A stretch of 64,000 nucleotides of DNA from the human T2T-CHM13v2.0 reference genome, Homo sapiens. The notes under the pieces are model-generated. The model was not told where the DNA came from, ran no database searches, and saw only the letters and a program-made list of their open reading frames with translations. The position numbers and the translations under genes are program-made. Location of the stretch: positions 44,512,001 to 44,576,000 of the forward strand of contig CP068257.2 in assembly GCA_009914755.4 (NCBI GenBank), in the 5' to 3' direction. The stretch's first letter is position 1; each line of letters starts with the position of its first letter. Below are positions 10,730 through 22,940 of this stretch, piece after piece.

Positions 10730-11900
10730 GGAGAAAAACCCACAGACCCTGTAGGGCTGGCCCCTACACCTCTCTCCCCTCTCTCCCTCTCTCTCCCTCC
10801 CTCTCTCTCCACCTACCTCTCTCCCCCCTCCCTCCCTCCCCTCTTTCCCCCTCTCCCTCTCTCCCCTCTCTCCCCCCTCTCCCCCCTCTCCCTCCCCTTT
10901 CCCCCCTCTCCCTCCCCTTTCCCCCCTCTCCCTCCCTCCCCTCTCTCCCCCCTCTCCCTCCCCTTTCCCCCCTCTCCCTCCCTCCCCTCTCTCCCCCCTC
11001 TCCCTCCCTCCCCTCTCTCCCCCCTCTCCCTCCCTCCCCTTCCCCCCTCTCCCTCCCTACCCTCTCTCCCCCCTCTCCCTCCCTCCCCTCACCCCCCTCC
11101 CTCCCCTCTCTTCCCTCTCCCCCTCTCTCTCCCTCCCTCTCCCTCCCCCTCCCTCCCTCTCCCTCTCTCCCCCCTCCCCCTCTCCCTCTTTCTCCTTCCC
11201 GCTCCCTCTCCCCTTTCTCCCTCTCTCTCCCTCCCCCTTTCTCCTTCCCGCTCCCTCTCTCCCCTTTCTCCCTCTCTCTCCCTCCCCCTCCCTCTCTCCC
11301 CTCTCTCCATCCTCCCCTCTCTTCCTCCCTGTCTCCCCCTCTCCCCCCCCTCCTTCTCTCCCCCCTCTCCCTCTCCCCCCTCCCTCTCTCCCCCTGCCCT
11401 CTCCCCCTCCCTCTCTCCCCCCTCCCCCTCTTCCCCTCCCTCTCTCCCCCTCCTTCTCCCTCTCTCCCCACCTCCTTCTCCCTCTCTCCCCCCCTTTCCC
11501 TCCCTCTCCCTCTCTCTCCCTCCCTCTCCCTCTCCCCCCTCCCCCCTCTCCCTCTCCCCCCTCCCTCTTTCCCCCCTTTCCTTCCTCCCCTCTCTCCCAC
11601 TCTCTGTCCCCCTCTCCCTGTCTCCCCCCTTTCCCTCCTCCCCTCTCCCTCCCTCTCTCCCCCTCTCCCTCTCTCCCCTTTTCCCCCTCCCTCTCTCCCC
11701 CCTCCTCCCTCTGTCTCCCTCCCTCTCTCCCTCCCTCTCCCTCTCTCTCTGTCTCTCCCCCTCCCTCTCTCCCCCTCTCCCTCTCCTCCCCCTCCCTCCC
11801 TCCCCATCCCTCCCTCCCTCTCTCTCTCCGCCATCTGCCTCTCTCCCCACTCTCCCTCTCTTCTCTCTCCCCTCCCTCTCTCTCTCTTTTCTGCCCTTCC
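10730..11900. repeat. ~1.2 kb polypyrimidine (CT-rich, cccctctctccc-type) low-complexity tract on the + strand
   Basis: Almost pure C/T over more than 1.1 kb. It generates the artefactual ORFs 10645-11986(+), 10764-12160(-) and 11089-11952(-). Confidence 0.9.
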
Positions 11901-12556
11901 CTCCTGTCCTCTCCTGGGCTGGAACTGCTTGGGAGCATCCTGACCTTGTCACTGCCCTTTCCCAGGCTCTCTGGCCCCTGCCCTAGGCTCTGAGCACCCA
12001 GCACCCATCTGTGGGCACATCCTGCCAGCTGATGCTCATGTTCCTGTCCCGTTTGGAGGGAGGTGGGGTCACTGCCTGCCTGAGTGGGTGTTATCTGAAG
12101 ATGGTGTTTCTGTCTTATGCTGTGGCTGAAACGGGTCGTCTCTGGCCTGCCTGAGAGCACTCATCACTGTGTTCCTGAGATTCTTGCAGGCCTCCTTTCC
12201 TGGAATTGCAGGCTTCTAAAGAAGGGCCCTGCCTTGCTCCAGGTCTGTGGGGTCCCCCAAGCCTGGGCTCCTGGCTCCCCTGCTGGGAGGGGCCTGTTCC
12301 CTTGTACCGGCTGCCATGGCCTGTGAATGTGGGGTCACCCTGGCCGAACCCTCAAACCCTGCTGGGCCCAAGCACTTGCCGGGGTGAGGGCGGTGCTGGT
12401 GGTCAAGGTCCAGACAGCGGCCAGTGGTGACGCCCTCAGGCCCCTCCTGGTCCCCAGCCCCTCCCCAGCCGGAGGCTGACCCGCTTCTCACTGGGGCCCC
12501 AGCTGGGGGTTCGCTGTTGGTGGGGCCCGGGGAGCCCTGCTGTGGCCGCCACTCAC

Positions 12557-12718
12557 CAGGTAGGCGGTGAAGGCCTCGGCGTCGGCATCCACCAGCGTGG
12601 TTAGCTTGGCCGAAGCCTCGCGGAAGGGCGGGATCAGGCGCCGCATCGTCGTGTCCAGGGACTGGAATTGGCGCCGCCCGTAGGTCATGAGGCCCACCAT
12701 GGAGCCCAGCGCCGCACC
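12557..12718 (-). CDS. FTCD: FTCD coding exon 10 ([54 protein letters not shown])
   Basis: Part of ORF 12488..13459(-). Acceptor ctctcgcag|GGT; donor CTG|gtgagt, checked directly in the sequence at 12551-12560. Confidence 0.88.
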
Positions 12719-12839
12719 CTGCGAGAGGGGTGGATGTGGGGGTCGCAGGGACCCCAGACGGCCCGGGACCGACCCCAGGAAGAGCCAGGGGCCCGGGTGA
12801 TCCCTGCGGGGGTCCCACCCGTGTGGCCCCCACGTCTCC

Positions 12840-13210
12840 ACCCAGGGCGGCCCCACCGCGCCCTCCCCACCCCGTGCCCTCCCCCCAACAGCGCCCTTCC
12901 CCCTCCCCGCCCTCCCCCCAACAGCGCCCTCCCCCCAACAACTGCGCCCTCCCCTTCCCCCTCCCCGCCCTCCCCCCAACAGCGCCCTCCCCCCAACAAC
13001 TGCGCCCTCCCCTTCCCCCTCCCCGCCCTCCCCCCAACAGCGCCTTCCCCCCACCCCGCGCTCCCCCCAACAGCGCCCTCCCCCCAACAGCGCCCTCCCC
13101 CCAACAGCGCCCTCCCCCCAACAACTGTGCCCTCCCCTTCCCCCTCCCCGCCCTCCCCCCAACAGCGCCGTTCCCCCTCCCCGCCCTCCCCCCAACAACT
13201 GCGCCTCCCC
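12840..13210. repeat. GC-rich minisatellite (~27-30 bp units: cgccctccccccaacagcgccctcccc..) within FTCD intron 9
   Basis: Visible tandem structure. It gives Pro-rich (+ strand) and Gly/Arg-rich (- strand) ORFs. Confidence 0.85.
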
Positions 13211-13231
13211 TGCCCCTCCCCCCGCGCTCAC

Positions 13232-13361
13232 CATGGCCGCAGCGGCCGCCGCCACCGAGCCGCCCCCGGGGGCCGCAGAGCGGGCACCCACCTCCCCCAC
13301 GAAGGCGCGCAGGGACTTGCTGCCCAGGCCTCGCTCAGGCCCGCGCTCAGGGACCAGGTAC
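13232..13361 (-). CDS. FTCD: FTCD coding exon 9 (..[43 protein letters not shown])
   Basis: Same ORF 12488..13459(-). Acceptor ccctgcag|G supplies the third nt of the Glu codon. Donor ATG|gtgagc. Confidence 0.85.
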
Positions 13362-13679
13362 CTGCAGGGTGGGCGCGGCTCAGCGGGTCTGGCCGGGGTT
13401 GGTGGGGGGAGCGCAGTCCTCCCGGGGCGGCCCCAGGCCCCACGCCCGTCTGCACCCACGGGGAGGTGACCACTCGGCTGAGAACCTGCGGGGACCCGGC
13501 CGGGGTCTCTGTGCCCCCCTCAGCCCCCAGACCCCGGCTTGGCGCAGGCCGAGTAGGCGCCCAAAGGGAGGCGCTGGGAGGACTCAGCCGGGTCTCCACG
13601 CAGGGACCCCAGCGCCCCGCAAGGCCCGAGAGGCAGAGCCCGGGAGGGGTGAGAAGAGGGCGGGAGGGCAGAGGCTCAC

Positions 13680-13741
13680 TCGATGATCCGCTCCTTAGGG
13701 CTGAAGGGGCACAGGGAGTCCAGGCCCAGCCGGCTCACCAC
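13680..13741 (-). CDS. FTCD: FTCD coding exon 8 (VVSRLGLDSLCPFSPKERII + 2 nt of E)
   Basis: ORF 13676..14083(-) ends ...FQVVSRLGLDSLCPFSPKERIIE*. Acceptor ttccag|GTG; donor GA|gtgagc (the in-frame TGA read by the ORF finder is the start of the intron). Confidence 0.85.
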
Positions 13742-15067
13742 CTGGAAAAGGGGCTTGGAGTGGAAACGGCCTCGGCGCGTCTCCACCACCAGGAAAGCCT
13801 CGGAACCCGCGGGTCCCACCCTTGCGGCAGCCGCCCCCTGCCCCGAGCACACAGGTGCTTTTGCGGGGAGCAGGGCAGGGGCGTGGCTGGCACCCCCCAC
13901 CTCTGCCCCGCCAGGAGCCCTGTGGGCCCCGCCCCAGCAGGCACCCCGTACAGGCTTCTGGAAACAGCCATCACCCTGAGTTGCCCTTGGGGAACCTGAG
14001 GCCCAGAGAAAGGAGTTGCCCCCTGGGGACCCCTCAGCAAACTGCTGCTCATGCTTCGCCGCCCCCCAGCACCACTGCCCCATCGCTGACGGGCGGGAAA
14101 GATTTTAATTCACCAAGTCTTCACATCTAACAAGTCCTCAAAAGCTGAGGAACAGCCCCAAGTCACCCACACATAAACTTGTATGCCACAAAAGTGAGTT
14201 TTACCTAAATTCAAAATAAAGTTGTGACAGTCCCATTTAAGATTAGAATTCATTCTGGGAAACCCATTCAGAACACGTTGGCTATGCGACCCCCACCCCA
14301 CCCCACAGAGACGGACAGCAGCCGGGCGGGGTGGAGAGTGCCTCCCCGTGGCATAGAACCAGCAAGCCACAAGGCAAAGCCTCCTTCCGCAGAAAACCCC
14401 AGGAAGATGCCGGGCATTTTAAAGGCCTGGCTAAGCTAGCAGACAGGACATCATTCGAAACCAGACACGACCAGAAAGACGAGTCCGGAAAGGCCTGCCA
14501 GCCTGGAGCTGGGTCTGCCCTGGGGGCAACTGCCCCTCTCTGGCAGCCCCTGATGAGTGGGGGAGGTCTGGGGCCTTCAGAGTGGGGTCCGACTGGAGAC
14601 CCCTGGAAGGTGACACCCCCAAGGATGAATTAGAAACAGCCACCCGCCAGAGGAAACAGTTGAGGTACTTCCCAGTCCCTGCCTTCCCTTTGGGTGAAGC
14701 AGGAAAAAAAAAAAAAATCTCCTGGGAATTCCTAATCACAAGCCACCCTGACAGGGCTGCAGGCCTCACCCGACACCGAATTCACTCTTGTGTGGTTCCA
14801 GAACTCCAAGCCAAAAACTCAGCTTCAGGGGGTCCTGTGAGGCAGTGTCCACAAGCGCCAGCACAAACCCTCCTTGGAGGAGAAAACTTTGAACCCAGGT
14901 GTCCAAGAATTACCATAGATAAAATTCCACAGAGCATGCACTGGCAATCAAAAATCACACAACACAAAGCAAAGCAGCCTCACCACAAGGAGGCAGCACG
15001 CAGCCACGGGCACAGCCAGACCTGTGCAGGCCGCAGGCATGGGGCCCTTCAGGTAAAGAAGACAAAA

Positions 15068-15378
15068 CCCCAGCCAGTCACGGTGGCTCACGCCTGTAAT
15101 CCCAGTGCTTTGGGAGGCTGAGGCGGACGGATCACGAGGTCAGGAGTTCAAGACCAGCCTGGCCAAGATGGTGAAACCCCGTCTCTACTAAAAAAAAAAA
15201 ATACAAAAATTAGCCAAGTGCGGTGGCACACGCCTGTAATCCCAGCTACTCGAGAGGCTGAGGCAGAGAACTGCTTCAATCCGGGAGGTGGAGGTTGCAG
15301 TGAGCCGAGATCACACCACTGCACTCCGGCCTGGGTGACAAAGTGAGACTCCATCTCAAAAAAAAAAAAAAAAAAAGA
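15068..15378 (+). mobile_element. Alu element (plus orientation, A-rich tail)
   Basis: ggccagtcacggtggctcacgcctgtaatcccag ... gactccatctcaaaaaaaaaaaaaaaa. Confidence 0.9.
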
Positions 15379-15756
15379 AGAAGACAAAACGCCACACTGG
15401 AAAGCAGACGGGGCCTCACACATAAGAAGACAAGGAAATGTGGAGAAGCGACAGCTGCTGCTTAGACAGAAAGGATGACGTTGGAATGCTGTCACTGGCT
15501 CCTAAAACTCTGGAATTTCAGTAATAAACAGGTATTTACCTACTCAATACTTTAAACACCTTCAAGTACTCCCCACAACGTATTAATTGCAAAAGGAAAA
15601 ATAGTAACATTGCAGTGAAGGGTCCAGGAGGAAGGGGGTCGCCTTGGCAAGTGACGGGTCCACGTCGGCACCCTGAGAAAATGAGCATCATGGGGAGTCG
15701 GCGTCTCTGAGGAGGACACAATACCATCTATGCTTTTCCTGCCAAAAATGCGTAAC

Positions 15757-16054
<298 letters not shown>

Positions 16055-17534
16055 TTAAAATAAAAATGCACAACTACATCTGGCCACAAGCAACATCAGA
16101 CTAGTCCCCACTGAGGCGCTTTTAAAAGTCTGTCCTTTGAAACTATGTCAAGGTCAATGAAGGACAAGGAAGACAGGAACAGTTGGAAGAAAGGAGAAAA
16201 GGTTGGCTCAGTGCTCTGTGTTACGTGAACTGGATCACGGATTGGAGGAGAAATCGCTATGATGGGAATCACTGGGACACTGAAGCAATTTGATTATGGC
16301 CTGAGGATTATTAGATACTAGGATTGTATCAGTGTTGAATTTCCTGATTTTGATAATTACACTGTGGTTATGTAAGAGAATGTCCCTGTTCTTAAGAAAC
16401 ACAGCCTTAATAAATTAGGGGTAAAAGAGTACAATGTCTTCAACCCAACTTTTAAATAGTCCGGAAAAAAATATAATATGATTATACACAAATAAATGGG
16501 GCAAAATGCAAGCACTTGGAAAATATGGGTGGGAGGCAGGAGTGGAGGGCCACCTGTATCTTCTCTGTAAGAAATTATACAAAATGTAAAGTCACAAAAA
16601 ATTTTGTTAACAGCCAAGAATACAACAGACAAGGCCACAAACGCACCAATGATTGAGGCTGGGTTTTGGAAAACCACTGTGAATCCAGAGGAAAGGAGTG
16701 GAAGAGAAAGTAAAGACGGAGGCAGAGAAGACATCAAAGCTGCTGCAGCATCACGGGGTCCTACAGCTAGAGAACTAAATAACTGGGTCAGCGATCTAAT
16801 AGAAGAAAATATGCCCGAGACTAAACAAGGACGGAATCCACAAGTCACGAGAGCTAAATCAGTAAAAACACAAACAGACAAAACGTCCCCAAAAAATCCA
16901 GTTAAGTGGATTGTGCTTATTGCGAAAAACACACCTAAAACAAAGTGACCTTGAGTGAAAGGACAGACCAAGGCGGACAGCGGCTCTGCAGTGACCTCGA
17001 GTGAAAGGACAGACCAAGGCGGACAGCGGCTCTGCAGACGCTGCCACACCCCAGCAGGACCTGAGGCCCCGGTGGAACCCAGACTCCAGAAGCCTTGAGG
17101 CCCAGGTGTCCACAAGACAAAAGGAATCACTTTCTGAAGGAGCCGCTCCGTGGATGGGGATCTAAGTCCCATAGCTAAAGGCACACACATCCATGAGCTG
17201 CCAGTTCCAGGGGTGCAGGACGCCCCGATGGAGGTGGTGAGAGGAGGCACAGGCCCCTCCACGGGAGCATGGCCGGCCCAGGAGGCAAGACCAAGCAGAA
17301 AGGGTGGGGTGTCCTCTCCGTGGAATTTGCACAGCTGAGCATATCATAGGTCACAAAAAAACCTCAATAAGGTGTCCAAAATAAAAAGTGAAATCTCATC
17401 TTCTGAACACAAGTCAATAAAATGAAGGGGGAGGAGGGGGAGGGAAGCTGCGCCCCAGGGCTGTGAGCTCCGCCACCGCCTCCCCACCCTCCCTGCACGC
17501 CCCTGTCCGACCCTTCCTCGGCAGCCCGGCCCAC

Positions 17535-17666
17535 CAGCCTGATCCGCTGCTCCTCCTCCAGGATGAAGAGGTTCTCCTTCTCGCAGTAGAAGGCGGCCGC
17601 ATCCAGCAGAGCCTTCAGGGGCACCAGGCCCACCAGCTGTGAGCCCACCACTGGGAGGCTCAGCTC
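17535..17666 (-). CDS. FTCD: FTCD coding exon 7 ([44 protein letters not shown])
   Basis: ORF 17364..17690(-). Acceptor ccctggcag|GAG. The donor CTG|gtgggc is a weak but GT-initial site. Confidence 0.82.
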
Positions 17667-17803
17667 CTGCCAAGGCACAGGCAGCGTCACCCCCTGGGGG
17701 CTGGCTGGAGAATGGCCCTGGCTGGAGGATGTGGGGCCCCCGCCCTGCCCACGGGACAGATCGGCTCGCCCCTCACAGCAGCAGCGGCTGCTCCCGGGCT
17801 CAC

Positions 17804-17941
17804 CTGTGCTTCTCGGCAGGTCTCCTCGTAGACCGTGTGCAGTGCCGTGACCTCAAAGTCCAGAAGATTGGTGGACACCTGAGCCAGGTTCTTCTCATCC
17901 AGGTACCAGCCAATGCCCTGAACTTTCTTCAGACGTCCTGG
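17804..17941 (-). CDS. FTCD: FTCD coding exon 6 ([46 protein letters not shown])
   Basis: ORF 17687..17947(-). Acceptor cctttgcag|CCA; donor CAG|gtgagc. Confidence 0.87.
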
Positions 17942-18974
17942 CTGCAAAGGAAGAGCGTTCCCCAGCCTGGACTAGGAAGCTCATCCTGCCTGGCCCTGCC
18001 AGTCTCTCCTGGCACTTGCATTCCCCAGCTGGACGGGGAGGAGCCTGTGCCTGGGTGGGTGCTGTGGTTCTCCTCCGTCCCTCACTGAGCTGGCCGGGGA
18101 GGGCCAGAGAAACTTCGCTTGCCACAGGGAAACGGAGGCCCCAAGGGTCAGACACCGGAGGCCCACCCCGGCAGGCCCCCGCCCAGCCTAGGCCCTGCCT
18201 TCCAGCCACGCTGTGTCCTAGATGTTGGGGGAATGCTGAGGGGTGGGGCCCCAGGCACCCCCATGCCGTTCTCCCATCCCATCTGCTCCGCTCCCGACAA
18301 GTCCCCTCAGCCCCGCACTTGTCGGGGTGACTGAGTCCACGTGGGGGGACTCTGACCTCTGCCCTTGGCCGGGGCCTAAAGCAGGACTTAGAGGTCCCTG
18401 TGCTTTTGTGCTGAGTCTGCAGGTCGGGAAGCCGGGTCCCAGGACCTTGGCTGTTTGTGGGACCGGGGTCTCTGAGTGGGGAACAGATGGGCAGGTGGTC
18501 CCCCCCGCTTTCTCCGGGTATCTATACCCGGAGTGACGCTCAGACCGGGTGACCACTGCTGTGCAGACGTGGAGGGAAAGGCCTGGGGGCACCTGAAGGT
18601 TTGTAGGGGTGTCGGGGCTCCCAAGGCATCTGGAGGGATATGGGGGGCCCCTGAGGGCACCTGGGACTCCGGAAGTCGCTGTTTCCCAGCAGTATGGAAA
18701 TGCTGCCACATGTTAACAAAGGGAAGTCCTGCCTCGTTCCCTGGAAAATCCCCAGGAGGCCAGAGCTCCCCAGCTTCACTCCGCCCCTGACCTGCCGACC
18801 TGCGCGGTCCCCGCACGGTGTGGACGCGGAGGCTGGGCCGGTCTGCAGGTGGGAGGCCGAACCCTGTCCGGCCGGTGCCCCATCCACCACCGACCTCCCC
18901 GCCTGAGGCTCTCAGCCTCTAACCCTTTCCCGAGGGGCTGGGTGGGGCTCCATGGGGTCAGTGAACGGGGTCAC

Positions 18975-19154
18975 CTGGTCCTTCCCGCGGCCCTGCTCCC
19001 GCAGGTTGAGCGCGATGCGGTGGGCTTGCTCCTTTGTGCCGAGCAGGTTGATGTTAAAAGCAATGAGGAACTTCCTCGCCCCCGTGGCCGTGGCCCCCCA
19101 ACTGGGGACAAAGGAGCTGGGACCAAAGTCGGGCGCCCAGTCGGCCTGCTGGAG
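18975..19154 (-). CDS. FTCD: FTCD coding exon 5 ([60 protein letters not shown])
   Basis: ORF 18912..19244(-). Acceptor ttgctcacag|CTC; donor CAG|gtgacc. Confidence 0.87.
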
Positions 19155-19308
19155 CTGTGAGCAAGTTCGCTCTGGGGTGAGACATCCCCCACGGGAGGGA
19201 ACAGCCCCCCGGGGTCCCGGGAAGGAGGGGCCCGGCCCAGCCACCCCAGCCAGGACAAAGGGGCAGGTCCACCTCCTTCCCAGGCCCGACCGCCCGGGGT
19301 GGGGGCAC

Positions 19309-19397
19309 CTTCTTAGGGAGGGCCTCGTACTCCCCGGCCCGGATGGCCGGCAGGGTCCGGCGACTGTCCATCCTGGCTGCCTCGCCGTACAGGTAAA
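19309..19397 (-). CDS. FTCD: FTCD coding exon 4 (..[29 protein letters not shown])
   Basis: ORF 19054..19371(-) begins [21 protein letters not shown]. The sequence immediately upstream reads ctgcag|TT TAC CTG TAC GGC GAG GCA GCC AGG. Donor AAG|gtgccc. Confidence 0.84.
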
Positions 19398-19799
19398 CTG
19401 CAGGAGAGCCCGGCGGTCAGGCCTGGACCGGCAGGGGGTCCAGGACTCAGTTCCTGGAGGACGCAGGTGGAGGGGCTCCCTCCAGCCTAACCCAGGAATG
19501 GGCCTCTACTGCACCCTCTCCTGGGGAGTGCCCGTTCTCCGCCTTGGATGGATGCGGGTGGTCCCAGTGGACCCTCAGTGTGGGCCAGCACCCCTGCCCA
19601 CCCCCTCCTCAGAGGGCCCTGAAAAGGCGAATTGCAGGGTTAGGATGGAACATGTGGGACATGCTAACGGCAGGACGTTCATGCTTCTGTTTTCTTTGTA
19701 TGATAAACAGAACCGCAAGCAACCACATAAATATAACGGCAGAGAAAAGGAAAAACTCGTGAACCCGCACACCAGTGTGACTGTGACGTGGGCCCTGCG

Positions 19800-19935
19800 T
19801 CGGGATTTCCTTCGGGGGGACTGGCATGACCGTGACGGGGGTTACGTGTGCCCTGCATGCCGGCGTGACCGTGACGGGGGTTACGTGTGCCCTGCACGCT
19901 GGCGTGACTGTGACCTACGTCCCTGCCTCGGGATT
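19800..19935. repeat. ~40-bp tandem triplication (gtgaccgtgacgggggttacgtgtgccctgca) in FTCD intron 3
   Basis: Direct repeat visible in the sequence. Confidence 0.8.
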
Positions 19936-20323
19936 TCTTTCCAGGAGCGCTGGGTTGGTGCAGCCTAGGGGTGGGTATGCACTTTGTCCCGTTTGTCTCT
20001 GTTTGTTTCATATCATTTTCTTGATTTAGTTAATTTCCCAAAGTGAAATTATTCTGCTCTAGAAGGCGTGGACTTTAAGGCTCTTGGTTTGCCTGTGCAG
20101 CTGCTCTGCGGTGTAGTCTGAGGAGGCCCCGGGCCTGCACGGCCGCAGGCGAGGCTGCGTTTATTTCGGTATTGAGGGAGCTGCGCTTCTGCATGTTGGC
20201 TTTTTGGAACACTCTGCCCTTGCAAGAGCAGTCAAGGGCAGGGAACTGGGGGATACAGAAGGAGCCAATAACCCACACCAATGAGACGGGAGCAGAGTGA
20301 GGGGGGCGGGGGGGCACGCTCAC

Positions 20324-20452
20324 CTGGCACGTCCAGCTCCTCTGCCAGCCTCTGGCCAAAGGCCTGGGCGCAGAGCACACACTCATCCACGCTGACGCCC
20401 CTCACGGGGATGAAGGGGCAGACGTCTAGGGCCCCCATGCGGGGGTGCTCTC
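20324..20452 (-). CDS. FTCD: FTCD coding exon 3 (..[42 protein letters not shown].)
   Basis: ORF 20232..20780(-). Acceptor tctgcag|GG GAG CAC; donor CCAG|gtgagc (phase 1). Confidence 0.86.
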
Positions 20453-21565
20453 CTGCAGAGAGACGGCGAGGCCGGGCAGGAGGCCAGGTGTGGGAGCGGG
20501 TGGGAGCTCCACGGGGTTCTCGGACCCTCTGTCCTCTCCGGCCTGGGCAGCCCCCAGTCCACACACCCAGCAAGCTGCTCACACTGACCCACGGGGAGGA
20601 GGCCGGCCCTGGGCGCTCCCAGCCCTGCCCCAGCGGCAGCACCAGCCCTCCCGGGACAACGGAAGTTCCCGCACCGTCCTCCCAGCCAGTGTGGGGGAGG
20701 TCCTTCAGCCCAGGAGCAGCAGCACCTGAGCGGGTGGTCTGGCATCTCTGGGATAAACCTGTCCCTCTCCTAACACTCACAAAAATAACTTTGAAAGGGG
20801 TGCAAAGCTCAGCTCTCAGGCAGCCCCGGCCAGGCCAAGAGGGGGCGCTCGAGGCTGGGTTCCGGCCACCCCAACCCCCTCCCCTGAAGCCGAGAATCCA
20901 CTCTGCGTTTCCAGAGCATTCTTCTCACTAGCTGAGTCCCTCGCTGTGGCTACACCAAGCCGTGGGTCGGCGCCCACCCCAGGGGACGCCAGCCTCCCCC
21001 GCCTTTGCCGCCACCGCCCAGGGCTGGCCACTTAGAGATAAGCTTCTCATCCGTCCACCCCTCAGGATCACTGTGGATCCCTGGCCTCTCATGAGCGGCC
21101 CACAGCCCAGCCCCTGGCCAGCGCCCGTGTGTCCACACACCTTTGGCCCTGCCTGCCCACCGAGGTGTTTGGCTTGTGGGCTGTTGACAGGTCAGCTTTC
21201 AGGCAGCCCTTCCCCCACCAGTGCCTGCTCCAAGACTGGCTCTCAGCCCCCTTGACGAGTGGGCAGGTGGACGGGGCCCACAAACCTTCCCCGGCGTGGC
21301 CCCCTCCCCCCACCCAGCCGTGAAGGTGGCCCGGTGCTGTGGGAGCGTGGCGACCTGGGGGTCCCCCAGAGCACAGCCCTGCAGGCAGGCTGGGGGCCAT
21401 GACCCCCACACTCCAGGGTCCTCCTAGGAGAGCCAGAGCCAGCCCCACTGGACCCCACGTTCCAAGCCTGGGCCCCGGGCCTACCCCCTCTCCCAGGACA
21501 CCAGGACAGGGCTCGGCCCTGACATTCTGAGACACGGCAGCCACAGGAGAGCCCAGAGACCTCAC

Positions 21566-21749
21566 CTTGGTGCCTGCTCATGTCGATAAGTCGGGAAGCT
21601 ACCCGGGCAGCGTTGAGGGCCCCCTCCACCACGCACTCCGGCGGCCCCACGAAGGTGTACACGGTGCGGTTGGTGGAAGGGCCTGCGTCCACATCCAGCA
21701 GCACGCAGCCCGGGGTCTGTGTGATGGCTCCAGAGATGGCGTCGATCAC
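21566..21749 (-). CDS. FTCD: FTCD coding exon 2 ([61 protein letters not shown] + 1 nt)
   Basis: ORF 21243..21773(-). Acceptor tgtcccag|GTG ATC GAC; donor CAAG|gtgagg. Confidence 0.86.
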
Positions 21750-22886
21750 CTGGGACACAGGCCCGGCCCCCACACCTCAGTCTCCCCGTTTGAAAGAAGG
21801 AAAAGGAGCTTGGAGGTGGCTGCACCCCGAGACACAAATGGGGGCTGAGGAGGCGGGCCAAGCCTTTGGGGGCTCTCCGACAAGCTGAGCTCCCACCGAA
21901 AGTGCCCGCACACAGCGGCCGCCCGGGAACCCTCACAGCAGCCACAGTCACTCCAGCCCAAGCACGGTCCCCACAAGGGGCTGCAGGTGGTGCCTCCAGG
22001 AGAGACTCACGGGCTCTGCTCCGACAGACAGATGCCAGAGACGTGGCCGGGGATCCAAGAAGGTGACCACAGGCGCAGGTCACAGAGGGGCCGGGACCCC
22101 CACCCCCGAGCAGGGGAGGGACAGATCACCAGCATGGGGGAGGGGCCTGAAGGGCCTAGAACCTTCCGGGTGGCAGGACTGCTGGGAGCAGGGGCTCAGC
22201 CCCAAATCTTGCCCTGTCCCAGGGCCTTGGTGCTGGCTGGAATCCCGGCATGACGAGGCCTCCCTGCACCCCTGCGGGTGACCCCTGTGGCCTGGTGCTG
22301 CCCTCTGGGAGGCCTTCCAGGTGGCCCTTAGGGCCTGCATTTGTTCCCGGAGGAGCCTGGACCTCAGGGCTGTGGAAGGCGAGAGGCCGGACCTGGGGGC
22401 CTGCTGCCCCCTCTGTGCCTACTTCGTTTTGGGTCCAGTGAGGATGGTGGCTGCAGGGTGGGGGCTCAGCAAGCTAACTCCAGTGGAGATGGAGAGGCGG
22501 CAGTGGGGACCATGCTGGGCCACCTCGTGTGACCTCACACAGCCCTTTCAGTCAGTGGCAGGAGCCCCATTTTCAGGGGGGAGCACCAAGGCCCTTTGAG
22601 GCCCAGAGATCTGCCCAACCCCCCACCGAAAGCACCCGAAAGGCCCCTGAAGCCACAGCCAAGCCTCAGCCCCCACAAGCACCAGTCGTGTTCCACCCAC
22701 CCCTGGGTCAGGCACTCCCCAGGGCCCTGAGCCACGGGATGTCCTTGGGGCCCACGGGCAGCGGCTCTGCCCATCCTGGGAAGACGACCCGGGACACCAA
22801 GCCCACCACCTCCTCCATGGCCTGGGCCTTAGCCACTCAAGCTGCCCCATCAGCCCTAGATGCTTGACCAGCTCCTCGGGCCTCAC

Positions 22887-22940
22887 CTCCTGGTTCTTCC
22901 CCTCCGAAAAGTTGGGGACGCATTCCACCAGCTGGGACAT
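22887..22940 (-). CDS. FTCD: FTCD first coding exon (MSQLVECVPNFSEGKNQE), ATG at 22938-22940
   Basis: ORF 22548..23168(-) residue 77 onward reads MSQLVECVPNFSEGKNQEV. Donor GAG|gtgagg. Total reconstructed CDS is 1623 nt, i.e. 541 aa. Confidence 0.85.

Noticed and set aside
10645-12160. 432/433-aa (+) and 356/367-aa (-) ORFs rich in P/S/L or G/E/R
   Set aside because: They are products of the 1.2 kb CT-rich low-complexity tract, where stop codons are excluded by composition. There is no evidence of coding.
16357-17262. 301-aa ORF on the minus strand inside FTCD intron 7, with no obvious repeat periodicity
   Set aside because: The + strand here is strongly purine-rich (probably an ancient A-rich interspersed repeat), so the complementary strand is pyrimidine-rich and nearly stop-free by composition. 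The predicted protein is low-complexity and hydrophobic with no recognisable family. I treat it as a chance ORF, though a homology search would settle it cheaply.
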